64,000 bases of DNA, from NCBI RefSeq assembly GCF_001194135.2, contig NC_069001.1:27200246-27264245 (forward strand). Direction: 5' to 3'. Both the position numbers and the translations under genes were made by a program. Below are positions 1 through 11,585 of the stretch, one piece after another. The notes beneath the pieces are model-generated. The model saw only the letters and a list, made by a program, of their open reading frames with translations, made no database searches and was not told the DNA's origin. The DNA comes from Octopus bimaculoides. Taxonomy: Eukaryota. The first letter of the stretch is position 1. Each line of letters starts with the position of its first letter.

Positions 1-89
1 ATATATATGTATATATATGTATATGTGTGTATATATATATATATAATATATATATATATATATGTATATACACATATTTTTATTATGCA

Positions 90-120
<31 letters not shown>

Positions 121-1802
121 TCAAATACAGATTGCCATGTTTTTTGACACGTGACTGTCGTATATAATTTTATTACAATTCGTAGTATTGCTCTGACCGG
201 CCAGACATAGCCCCTCCACCCAGCTAACATTTAATTGCCCGCGAACTTCTAGTTATCTTTACAATATTACATTGCCTCTTACATATCTTGCAGCTTCCCA
301 TCTACCACCTTTTAACATTTGACTGTTTTCCTGCTGACTTGTTACTAAATTTCTATCAGTATGTATTTGTATACACCCCCTCCCACACACAGATATTTAC
401 TTCATTTTTGGTACACACACATAAAATCACACAAACTTGAACACACGAACACATGAAAATGCAGAATACTTACAAACGTACACGCACACATATATACGTA
501 CGCACACACGCTGAACACAGATAGGACAAAATACGAAGTAGAGCTTTTCTTTTTGGGAAGAAGAAGAAGAAAAAAAGGGGGACGTCGAATATCGATCAAA
601 AGGGAGCGTAGAAAAAGGAGAAAAAAAAGGCCGATCACAGAAATGTTATAATGTAAAAAGGGGAAACAGATTAGGTTTACCCGTGGAAAGAAAAGCCTAC
701 GGAAAAGACCACGGTAACCTTGGGTAATAACTTGATTTTGATGTACCTGGGCAATTTGGACTTTCAGAGCTTCTTTAGTTTGTGACAGGCTGTTATTTCG
801 TGCATCACTCTGAACTTGAAGCATCCAAATTAGTCTTGTAGAACCCGCTTTATGGTGATGTAAGAAGAAAATGTCGTCACTCTTACATCGACAACTTGAT
901 TGTAGACACTGGTCTGTAATGTATCCACGATCGAGTTGCAGTAATGATGGATGGAGAAGTGTAGAGGTTAGACATTGTTGCTGCGGCTCGGGTTGGAAGC
1001 TGGCCGCAATAATAAAATGATTGCAGGGAAAGGGTTTCTGTCAGTAGTGTTTAATTAATAAAATGTCCTGTTTTTCTCCCTCTCATTTTCTTTCAACGTG
1101 CACATGTATTTCTTTTCATGCCCGCGCATGTTTGTTTGCATTCCGCGCCAGCAACTACTGTCGCGAAAACAGGCTACATGTCCAATTAGCCTTGTGAAAA
1201 CATCAGCGTCCGAACAGCTGCGCACATGAGTGTCATTATGTGAAATGTAAATGCTATTCTATACTTTTTATGCTATTGATGTGCACGAAAATTCGAAAGA
1301 TTTTCTCATCGGATAATTTCACAGTCTGTTGAACGCTTCTCAGATAAGATACACTCGTAATCTCTCGGCAATCAGTAATATAGAACATTCAGTTGGATTA
1401 TATCTTACGATAATTCTGCTTGTCATTGTGTTATTTAGCCCGTCGGTAAGGCTTTCACGTGATTAGTGAAAAGTGAGAGAGAGAAAATGCAGGAGAGAGA
1501 AAAAGAGGGAGAGAGAAGTACCCATGATGTGAGATAGAGGGAATGTACTTGTAACACTTTCACATGATTAGTTCAAGGATAAGAGAGAAGGGAAAAAAAG
1601 AGAAAGCGGATAAGTTGAAAAGTGAGACAGAAAGAGGGAGACAGAAAAAGAGGGATAGAGAAGCGTCCATGACGCGAGGAAGGGGAACGGAATATTTATT
1701 ACTTGGTTAAAAAAGTTAGTTGAATGTTGAGAAAGTTAAAAGTATAATTTTAGCAGAGGGATGATGTTCTGATGGTGAGGTTAAAGAAAGGCAGAGAGAG
1801 AA

Positions 1803-1839
<37 letters not shown>

Positions 1840-2095
1840 GAGTAAGGGAAAGGAGGGAAAGAACGGGGAAGAGAGATGATGATGTTGGTGGTGGTAGTGA
1901 TGTTGATAGAAGTAGTGGTGGAGGAGGTGCTGGTGATTGAATAATGAAAAGTTACTTTATAAAAAAATTGAAATGTTTCCTATATCATTTATCACTTAAT
2001 ACGTGCGCATAAGCATAATTTCGCGAAATATTCTCGCTCATTTACGTAGCAGATACCTGCAATTTAACGAAAGGTTGTATCGGATGTACGGCAAG

Positions 2096-2128
<33 letters not shown>

Positions 2129-2186
2129 GTTTATGTATTCGTTTTGCAAGATTCTTGATGTGAAATCATGTGTTGTAACAGATATT

Positions 2187-2417
2187 GTTGTATTTGGGGA
2201 TGGTCATGTTGCCAGTTTGACTGATCGTTAGTCAGGAAAGACACACAAATAAGAAAGAAGAAAGAAAAGGACCACTGATGAGGTCACATATGTGTGACGA
2301 AAGATCTCTGGCCGAAATACGATTAATGTAAAATAAAGCTGAAGCAAGCAAATTAACGCCAAATATATAGTGTGTTGTATTGGCTAAACTGGCAACATGA
2401 CCATCCCCGAATACAAC
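2187..2417 (+). mobile_element. 231-bp element with 32-bp terminal inverted repeats and an internal hammerhead fold (Penelope pLTR-like)
   Basis: 2187-2218 is the reverse complement of 2386-2417 (31/32 match). The 3' end abuts (TA)n and another (TA)n lies about 60 bp upstream. Confidence 0.7.
2272..2311 (+). ncRNA. Minimal type-I hammerhead ribozyme (canonical core)
   Basis: CCA-CUGAUGA-G-GUCACA[UAUG]UGUGAC-GAAA-GAUCU-C-UGG. Stem I is CCA/UGG, stem II is 6 bp, stem III is the palindrome AGAUCU, and the CUC cleavage triplet ends at 2308. Confidence 0.75.
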
Positions 2418-2689
2418 TATATATATATATATTGTTTTTGAGAAAATAAGAGTGAATATTTATTTAATGAGTGTTGTGTATTAAGTTAATAAAAGTGTAT
2501 ATATAAATTGCATTAAGTAATGATCGTACTCCAATTTCTTTCACTTTTCAATGAGTAGCAGATGAGCGATTATCTTTACATACAGACACAACAATCGTAC
2601 GCTTTCAGTTTTTTGGATAAAGTTTTCGGAAATAACCCAATAGGTTTACTATTAATTCCACTAGTATAAACTAAAAGGTGTCAAACTGA

Positions 2690-2893
2690 CAGGATCCTTA
2701 GTACGCCGGGCAAAATGCTGAACGGATTTCATTCATCCTCCTGTTCTGAGATCAAATTCCGCCAAGGTTGACTTTGCTCTTCATCCTTTCGTGGGTCAAT
2801 AAATTTAAATACCAATGAAACGCTGGGGTCGATATAATCGACTAGTCCCCTCCCGCCAAATTTCAGGCCTGGTACTTTTAGTGGAAAAGATTA
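2690..2893 (+). mobile_element. tRNA-derived SINE, family A (diverged)
   Basis: Shares GTTCTGAG.TCAAATTCCGCC.AGGT.GACTTTGC..TTCATCCTTTCG...CTGGGGTCGAT.TAATCGACT with the copies at 29974 and 54381. Confidence 0.8.
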
Positions 2894-3402
2894 TATACAA
2901 ACTAGAGTAGCACTGTAGTGATTTGTTTAATTAGCGATCTAAGATATTAGAGAGTATAAAAGAAAGAAACATAAAAGCTTGAATTATTTCAAAACTGTAA
3001 ATTAGTTTCTATATATAAGATTTTTCTAACATCATAAACCGTTTAATTTCGTGTAATATATTTGCCTCGGGTCATACCATGCTGATGATTTCAAATAAAG
3101 ATGAAGTGACGCCATACATGGCTACCAATGAACGGATATTTTAAGATATTTATAATGCAAGGTAAAAAAAAATGAAATATGAACAGAATATACTTCTTTG
3201 TACATCTTTATATTTTGACTTAAAATTGAAAATTCCTGTCTTGATTTAATCTTAATAGATTGCCTCTCCTCGGTACGTGTATATTCTATGCAAAATACAA
3301 CGTAAAATAAAAATAACAGTTGTAAATCATTTACAACAATGACTCACTGTGACGTATAATTATTTTAAATTTTTAATATTTAATTTTTAATTCTATTTGC
3401 AG

Positions 3403-3516
3403 ATCGGAACCTGGGATAGTACGAATGGTGTGAATATAACAGAGAGTAAAACAGAAACAAAACACGAGTTACAAAAGAAGCTAGCAAATTCAACTTTGAG
3501 AGTTGTTACAAAATTG
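3403..3516 (+). CDS. GRIK2-like: Kainate-type iGluR, internal exon A (ATD-LBD linker to start of S1)
   Basis: Acceptor TTTGCAG|ATC and donor TTG|GTGAGT, 114 nt, phase 0/0. Translates IGTWDSTNGVNITESKTETKHELQKKLANSTLRVVTKL, matching the GluK-type IGTW..G.N.TES...L.N.SL.V.T.L linker. Missing from the ORF track. Confidence 0.9.
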
Positions 3517-4593
3517 GTGAGTTACGATTGAGTATTTAGAGTATAACCCAGTAACTGAGTATTTCTTTCCCCCTTTTTCTTATTTATTTTCTTTTACTTA
3601 TGTAAGTCTTTATACTGCGGTCATGCTGGTGCACCGCCTGAATTTTTTTTACTCCAATGACTCGACACCAGTAATAGCTAGCTATATTCGTTAACGACTT
3701 GTAAAGTGTAACATTTGTTTATTCTAAGTGTATGTAACATTAAGAAACAAGAAACGTAACTGTCAGATAAAGACACTTCGAGTCAAACATATTCTATACG
3801 TCAACATAAATAATTTCCAATATAAAACTGGTTCTAACAAAGGAGCTAAGAACATCAGTGAAATCGACTGACTTAAATCTTTGTAAAAAATGGAAAATAC
3901 AAAGCTATCGATCTTGACTATAGAACCAGCTAATGGAAGCATCGTGCATGTTTCCTTATTATTGGATATCATTATCCAAGGCTATTTCAGCTTATGGTAG
4001 AGAATGAAAAAGAGGTATCACCTTTGATGTGCATCAATTAGAAACTTATCTTGTGAGTGTTGATTATTATCGGTGATGACGCTTCAACTTATTGTTTCCT
4101 GTAAACTGTCGCTCCTCTTACAAATTGCAGAAAATAATACTTATAAATGAATTATAATACATAGACATTTGAATTTTTTTTACAATCCAGCCGTCCTTTT
4201 ACACGGAATTTCGTCTGCCTTTAAACCAAAGCTCTGATGAGACTTATATAGGTGGACTGAATTATTTATAAATCATATAAGGAATAAAAATCTATAATAT
4301 ATAATGTATATAATATATATAAAGTATATAATGTATATAATGTATACAAGACAAATTACTAGCTCTTTTGGTATTTTAATAATCTGTTTTAATGTTATAT
4401 TATCTTATATTCATAGTATATTATGTTATATTATAATATAGATAAATTATTGGACTATTAATTGAATCTCTCTATCCAATTTATTGTTTGTAATTTGCAT
4501 TATACCCATATTTATGTGGTATCCAACTGATGTACAAGTGAACTGGATGTTTTACACACTACTTTGAAGGAATTCCTTTCCTTAGTTTGTTAC

Positions 4594-4632
<39 letters not shown>

Positions 4633-4950
4633 NNNNNNNNNNNNNNNNNNNNNNNNNNNNNNNNNNNNNNNNNNNNNNNNNNNNNNNNNNNNNNNNNNNN
4701 NNNNNNNNNNNNNNNNNNNNNNNNNNNNNNNNNNNNNNNNNNNNNNNNNNNNNNNNNNNNNNNNNNNNNNNNNNNNNNNNNNNNNNNNNNNNNNNNNNNN
4801 NNNNNNNNNNNNNNNNNNNNNNNNNNNNNNNNNNNNNNNNNNNNNNNNNNNNNNNNNNNNNNNNNNNNNNNNNNNNNNNNNNNNNNNNNNNNNNNNNNNN
4901 NNNNNNNNNNNNNNNNNNNNNNNNNNNNNNNNNNNNNNNNNNNNNNNNNN

Positions 4951-4993
<43 letters not shown>

Positions 4994-5260
4994 ATCAATT
5001 TATATACCTTCATTTCTGCTTGACTCGCCAGTATTATTTATATAGACACATTCATGTGATCACACACGCACATACGTACACACGCACAAGCACCAACACA
5101 CAAGCATACATACACACAACACAACACAACACACGCGCACGCACAAAATGGTTCAGCCTTCAAATAGAAATAATATGAATAAAATTATCACTATGAATAT
5201 AATATAATAATTACTATGAATATAATATGAATATAATAATTACTGTTTTTCTTTTTTAAG

Positions 5261-5458
5261 GAACTTCCGTATGTGGGTAACAAGACTGCCCCTGATGGCA
5301 CTGTTGAGTATGAAGGTTTTGCCATAGACCTGCTGAATGCTATTGCAGAGGAGCTTCATTTTAATTACACTATTTCCATCGTGAAGGATGGTCAATATGG
5401 TGGAGAAGACCCTTTGACCGGCAAATGGAACGGAATGGTCGGAGAGCTTATCGAGAGA
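5261..5458 (+). CDS. GRIK2-like: Kainate-type iGluR, exon B (S1 ligand-binding segment)
   Basis: Acceptor TTTTAAG|GAA and donor AGA|GTAAGT, 198 nt, phase 0/0. ELPYVGNKTAPDGTVEYEGFAIDLLNAIAEELHFNYTISIVKDGQYGGEDPLTGKWNGMVGELIER contains the iGluR motifs EGF.IDLL, DG.YG and WNGMVGEL. Confidence 0.97.
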
Positions 5459-5489
5459 GTAAGTGCCTGATGCAAATAATAATCTCTCT

Positions 5490-5502
5490 GTCTGTCTGCA
5501 TG

Positions 5503-5538
<36 letters not shown>

Positions 5539-5620
5539 CCTCTCTCCCTCTCTATCTATCTCTCTCTATCTCTCTATCTCTCTCTCTATCTCTATCTCTC
5601 TATCTCTCTCTCTATCTCTA

Positions 5621-5653
<33 letters not shown>

Positions 5654-5690
5654 CTGTCTATATCTAACTGTCTGTCTATATATCTGTTTA
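5490..5690. repeat. (CT)n/(CTAT)n compound microsatellite
   Basis: Directly visible in the intron between exons B and C. Confidence 0.95.
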
Positions 5691-5924
5691 TATATTTATC
5701 CGTCTATCATTTCTCTGTCGATGTATCGATCTAACTACCAAATGACACACACACACATATACAAAATATAAATATCTGTATGTGTTTGTATATATATATA
5801 AATATATATATATATATGCAGATATGTGTGTGTGTGTCTGTGTATACGCATATATCTTTTACATGCACGTATGTAAGTACAATTGCATATATGTAATATT
5901 TCGATCGAATTCATTACATTTCAG

Positions 5925-6252
5925 AAAGCTGACTTAGCTGTTGCTGGTATGTCCATTACATACAAACGCGAAAAAGTTATCGACTTCACTAAACCATTCT
6001 TGAACCTTGGCATTACCATATTATACAAGAAACCGATGAAAAAACCACCCAAGTTATTCTCGTTCCTCTCTCCTCTTACTTCGGAGGTATGGGTATATAT
6101 CATCGCCGCCTATCTTGTTGTCAGTTTTATGCTCTACATTATTGCGAGGCTAAGTCCCTACGAGTGGTATGAATCCGGATCGGATGAACTGGATAATCAA
6201 TTTACTGTTTTAAATAGTTTGTGGTTTACCATAGGTTGCCTTATGCAGCAAG
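5925..6252 (+). CDS. GRIK2-like: Kainate-type iGluR, exon C (end of S1, M1, M2 pore loop, Q/R site)
   Basis: Acceptor TTTCAG|AAA and donor CAAG|GTAAGC, 328 nt, phase 0/1. [37 protein letters not shown]...[36 protein letters not shown]...[19 protein letters not shown](G). ITY.REKVIDF and LFSFL.PL are kainate-type. Confidence 0.98.
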
Positions 6253-6814
6253 GTAAGCGTTCGACATTTTATTAACTTTGAGTTTTTGGTACCTTGATTC
6301 CCTTTTCCTTTATACATAATAATTTTGGTCATGTTTCAATTCAAAACGGCAGAGCCCTCCATCTAAAAATGAAGAGTTCGGGCCGAAATTGTATGCATAT
6401 TTCTTCTTATCACAGCACATTATATATATATTTTCCCTTTTAAAATTTATCTTCCTCTGTATTGGATTTTGTCAAAACTAACCACCAGTAGTTTTCTCTC
6501 CAATTCTATTAATAATATCATATTTGGTATGTCGTTAGTAGAACGCAAGTACTGTAAAGTCGAATGTAAGCTCCCTGAGGCATGTATTGACGACCGCTTT
6601 TCGTATCCTCGTTGTAGTAACTTCAACCTTATTACGTAGCTGTAATTAATTATCAAGGAATGCATAGCGTATATTCCAAACAATTTTCTTCCGACAGTAT
6701 TGTACCCCTGAACGATAAACAACTCTAATCTTAGTATTCTTGTGGCTGAATACATTAAATCAAGTACCTAAAATTGCTCGTTATTCCATTGTAATTTACA
6801 GCGTACAGCTAAAG

Positions 6815-7169
6815 CGGTGGTTCTCAACCGGAGTTCATATGACGCACGAGGGCCCATATAAGATTTTTAGGGGTCCACAGAACAAAATAGTAAATTGGAA
6901 ATGCACAGTAGTAATTTAAGTGCCCCTGAAAAAAATTCTTTTCTTTAGATGTATGTATTGGTATGTATTGCAAGAAACACAAGTTTTTTTTTCTCTCTCT
7001 AACATTTAACACAGTTAAATCTATACACATGACTGTGTGAAAAATTCAATAAGAATGTTAAAAGAAGTTTCTCTAAAACTAGTTTTTGAACATCGAATGG
7101 ATATGGAGGCCCACCGGAATAAAACAATAATCAGAGGGGCCCATAGGTAAAAATGGTTGAAAACCCCTG
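6815..7169. mobile_element. hAT-superfamily MITE (355 bp)
   Basis: Termini CGGTGGTTCTCAACC and GGTTGAAAACCCCTG (CAGNGGTTCTCAACC type). Flanking 8-mers AGCTAAAG and AGTTAATG match at 6/8, consistent with a decayed 8-bp TSD. Confidence 0.8.
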
Positions 7170-8312
7170 AGTTAATGCTTTATGATTGTGATGCAATTCT
7201 GTTCACATGTTGAAGCAAGTTGACATTACTTTAGTCCATGTGAAATATATGAACGTCACAATATTATTGTGTGCGGATAACGGCAAAGTTAATGAAATTA
7301 AGAAATTCGGGGCTCAGTCGCATGAGTCTGGAACTGGATTTCATAGCGTGCGCGGTTAGTAGACGGAAACTCTTTGAAAATCTGTCAGATGGGTCTTGTC
7401 CATACGTAGGTGATATATCTAATCTGTCACTCGGTTTAAAATCATTGTCTTGCAGTACATCGTTACTTTTGGTGGGTAAAACACCGTTGCAAGCATTCAG
7501 GTCAGGTCCCGTGGCCAAGGATATCTTACACCGTATTTCACACAAACGATAGGTGTTCTGAAATCAGTTACTTGTGCTGCACTTACAACTAAGACAAAAG
7601 TATTTTTAAATATATATTTTGTAAAATAAAACAAATTAGTTTTCTTTCGCCAAAAATCAATTTATCTTGAACCGTGTCAGAAAGACTTCATATTGTCAGA
7701 ATAACTTCATTGTTTTAACATACAGATACAAATTCATAAAACATATTAACACAACGAGGTTTCGAATCCCGATCGAAGACATTTCACTTTAACTCTCTTA
7801 CTAATCCTTTAAATTATGCATGAATGTCACTAATTCATATATTATATCCTTTGTCATCCTACTAATCGTTTTAAATATAAAGAAAAAGAAAAAACAACCA
7901 ACCTTTACATATTTGCTTGATTGCTTGCTTTTTTGTCTGTTTTTCATATACTTGTTCTGTATTCTCTCCTTTCTTTGTATGTTTTAAAAAATCAACAACA
8001 AAACATTTAGAAAATTTCAGGCTGCAAATTCATGAAAACAAAGGAATCGTATTTCAATTATTTCTTCACCATTTCTCTTTCTCTCTTTTTCATATATAAA
8101 TATATATTTAAGCTTGTGTGCATGTATGGATACATCACATTTCACTGCTACTGTAATTTCTCATGAATANNNNNNNNNNNNNNNNNNNNNNNNNNNNNNN
8201 NNNNNNNNNNNNNNNNNNNNNNNNNNNNNNNNNNNNNNNNNNNNNNNNNNNNNNNNNNNNNNNNNNNNNNNNNNNNNNNNNNNNNNNNNNNNNNNNNNNN
8301 NNNNNNNNNNNN

Positions 8313-8353
<41 letters not shown>

Positions 8354-8731
8354 CACATAGTGCATATGTTTGAAATTAATTGTTGTCCGAGTACACTCAC
8401 TTATAAGCCAGGCACAAGCACATCTTAAAGTGTTGCACCAATGAACAATGCAGATGCTCGGGTGAAGGAAGAACTGCAGGTATCTCTCTGCTAAATCTTG
8501 TGTTTGTGCTTGGAACCGAAGAAACTACGAAAGTAACGATAACCACCAACGTGATATCCGGATCGTCGAAATTACAAGGAATAGGTTTGAAAGGACGGTT
8601 GTGTATTTTTGGCTGGAAGAAGTTTCTGCGAGTGAAACTCAATAAAACGTGCACAATGTATTCACTTTTCAGATGACCAACACCTTTCCCCAACAATGAC
8701 CTAGTATTTGTTGTACCGAACAGAGATCAAA

Positions 8732-8772
<41 letters not shown>

Positions 8773-9012
8773 AGACTTACGTGACAGCAACAGCTTAGAG
8801 TTCGTCTACAAATTGTGATTTTATAGGGCGCTGATTTATTATCTCGAGGATGTCCATATGTATGTGAATATGTAAAACTCACTAATATACATAAAAGAGA
8901 AAACGATGATACTTGAAATTAGGTCATCAGCTTTCCTTCCAGGATTAGATGATGGAGTCTTCAAGTCTTCATTCTATTCCTTGCTTACATTTACATCCAA
9001 ACGCACACGCGC

Positions 9013-9282
9013 GTGTATATATATATATATATATATATCTGTGTGTGTATTATATATATATGTATATTATATATATATGTATATTATATATGTATATGTA
9101 TATTATATATGTATATGTATATTATATATGTATATGTATATTATATATGTATATTATATATATATATATGTATATTATATATGTATATTATATATATATA
9201 TGTATATTATATATGTATATTATATATATATATATATTATATATATATATATATTATATATATATGTATATTATATATATAT
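9013..9282. repeat. Degenerate (TA)n / TATGTATATTATA minisatellite running into a gap
   Basis: Directly visible. Confidence 0.9.
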
Positions 9283-9709
9283 NNNNNNNNNNNNNNNNNN
9301 NNNNNNNNNNNNNNNNNNNNNNNNNNNNNNNNNNNNNNNNNNNNNNNNNNNNNNNNNNNNNNNNNNNNNNNNNNNNNNNNNNNNNNNNNNNNNNNNNNNN
9401 NNNNNNNNNNNNNNNNNNNNNNNNNNNNNNNNNNNNNNNNNNNNNNNNNNNNNNNNNNNNNNNNNNNNNNNNNNNNNNNNNNNNNNNNNNNNNNNNNNNN
9501 NNNNNNNNNNNNNNNNNNNNNNNNNNNNNNNNNNNNNNNNNNNNNNNNNNNNNNNNNNNNNNNNNNNNNNNNNNNNNNNNNNNNNNNNNNNNNNNNNNNN
9601 NNNNNNNNNNNNNNNNNNNNNNNNNNNNNNNNNNNNNNNNNNNNNNNNNNNNNNNNNNNNNNNNNNNNNNNNNNNNNNNNNNNNNNNNNNNNNNNNNNNN
9701 NNNNNNNNN

Positions 9710-9743
<34 letters not shown>

Positions 9744-10707
9744 GATGGGTGTGTTTCTAAATTGTGGTATTTTACAAAAGTCTCTTTGAATTTCTTCGAA
9801 CACTTGATTTGTCTGAATTTCGTATTTCAACTATATTCCGCTCAGTCGTAAGGAAATATTGTTAATTACTTCTTCGTGAGTAATTTGCAATAAAATTATT
9901 CTTTGAAATTCATCATTACACGATATGTTCTCGTATGTGCATATATTCGCCTTTTGTCTTTATGTATATGTGCGCTAGTGCTTGTGAACCAACATATCGA
10001 CATACAGAAATTCGCGTAAATAATATGAAATTGCGTTCACTTTCCAATTTGTCACCATTTTAATATGGATAGATAGCAGGGAACAAGTACTGAGAACGTG
10101 TCTTTTGATGAAATTGTTAAGTGTGAAATATAATGAAATATGAATTATTAGAATTGCGAACTAAATTAAATATGCACCAAGCTTCACTTGAATAATAAAT
10201 ATGTTGATATTAGAACACTTATGACTATGAGAAATATATAAAAAAATAAGTGACATTTATGTTTGGGAAATGATTGTGATTATTATATACTGTCTAGCGG
10301 CGTTGGTTGAGCACAATAACACTGTATACCAGTTTGACCTCCATCTTCGGTTATATAAATTATAGAAAGACTAAGAGTCACTCCTCATAACAACTAAGTG
10401 AATGTCTTCAAGTATTTTTCAGTAGTTTCTCTCTAGATATACGGCACAAGTGAATGGACATAATTTCATCGCTATAAGTATTATTAAAGAATGATATAAA
10501 AGAAAAAAAAACACTTTTACTCAATTTATGAAATAATGTATAGAATAAAACGACAATGATAAATCTTTCCTTGAGTTATTAATGGTCACGTAGTTCGTAA
10601 AGTTTAACTGATGACTTAGTTGTATTAAACAGATGTAAAACAAATCTATCTTTACTGCATGGAATTATTTTAGAATTTCCAAAATACTGTCCGCCACATG
10701 AACATGG

Positions 10708-10920
10708 TGGTTTTAAATTTTGGTACAAGGCCAGTAATTTTGGGGGAGGGGTTAAGTCGATTACATCGACCCCAGTGCTCAACTGGTATTCATTTTATCG
10801 ACTCCGAAAGAATGAAAGGCAAAATCGATCTCGGCGGAATTTGAACTCAGAACGTAAAGACAGACAAAATAACGCTAAGCATTTTGCCCGGCGTGCCAAC
10901 GATTCTTGCAACTCGCCACT
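10708..10920 (-). mobile_element. tRNA-derived SINE, family A
   Basis: AAGTCGATTACATCGACCCCAGTG...CTCGGCGGAATTTGAACTCAGAACGTAA...GCATTTTGCCCGGCGTG, same family as the copy at 29974. Confidence 0.85.
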
Positions 10921-11585
10921 TTAGCAACAACAACAACAACAACAACATCCATATCGATTTTGGTAACGCCTTTACGTTACCAAAATGCCACTAAGTATTT
11001 TCCTCGACGTGCTAGTGATTCTGTCAGTTCACCGCCTGTCTACATGCAAGATTTTGAAACCAGAAAAGAAAAATATAATTTCCTGTTAGCTAAAATTTTT
11101 GAATTGGTTTCCAATTTAGACACAACACAAGCAATATTGACTGGTGTCGGGGTCTCAGTCCATTACAATTAGCCCAATAGTTGACTGGTTATCTATTTTA
11201 CCAATCTAGATAGCAGACAGCAAATTGATCTCGGCGAGATTTAAGTTATAACACATCTTATATATTTCCTGTATAAATACTAATTTAACATGTCTCACAT
11301 GAATGAACTGAAACAAATGCATATCGTTTCTTTCTTAACCTCTTTCTTTCTTTCTTTCTTTTTATTTAGAATGAAAACCTCAGATATATCAAAGGGTCAT
11401 AATTAAGTAAACACATCATAAAGCCATCAGTTCGAATCTCAATCATTGTTACATCTATAAGATGTTGCAACATTGCATAATTGAAAACACCTGCTAAAAG
11501 TAGACACTGTCTTAAGCATAAAGGAAATCAGCTGTGCTTCTGACACTGTAATTTATATAATCTATACTTACTGAGAGAGCTGAAA

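Noticed and set aside
402-824. 140-aa minus-strand ORF
   Set aside because: The C-terminal half comes from low-complexity purine and (CA)n tracts. The N-terminal part only faintly resembles a transposase C-terminus, with no diagnostic motif.
4234-4260. CTGATGAG motif as a hammerhead core
   Set aside because: No stem II closed before a GAAA and no stem I or III partner.
7264-7552. Overlapping 93-aa ORFs on both strands
   Set aside because: No recognisable domain in any frame and no convincing splice context.
6253-8169. Editing-complementary sequence for the Q/R site
   Set aside because: I scanned by eye for the complement of TTGCCTTATGCAGCAAGG. The best match (GTTACTTGTGCTGCAC near 7567) is too short and gapped. 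A computed duplex search is needed.
8397-8696. 99-aa minus-strand ORF, also open on the plus strand
   Set aside because: No motif recognised. Possibly TE-derived but cannot be supported.
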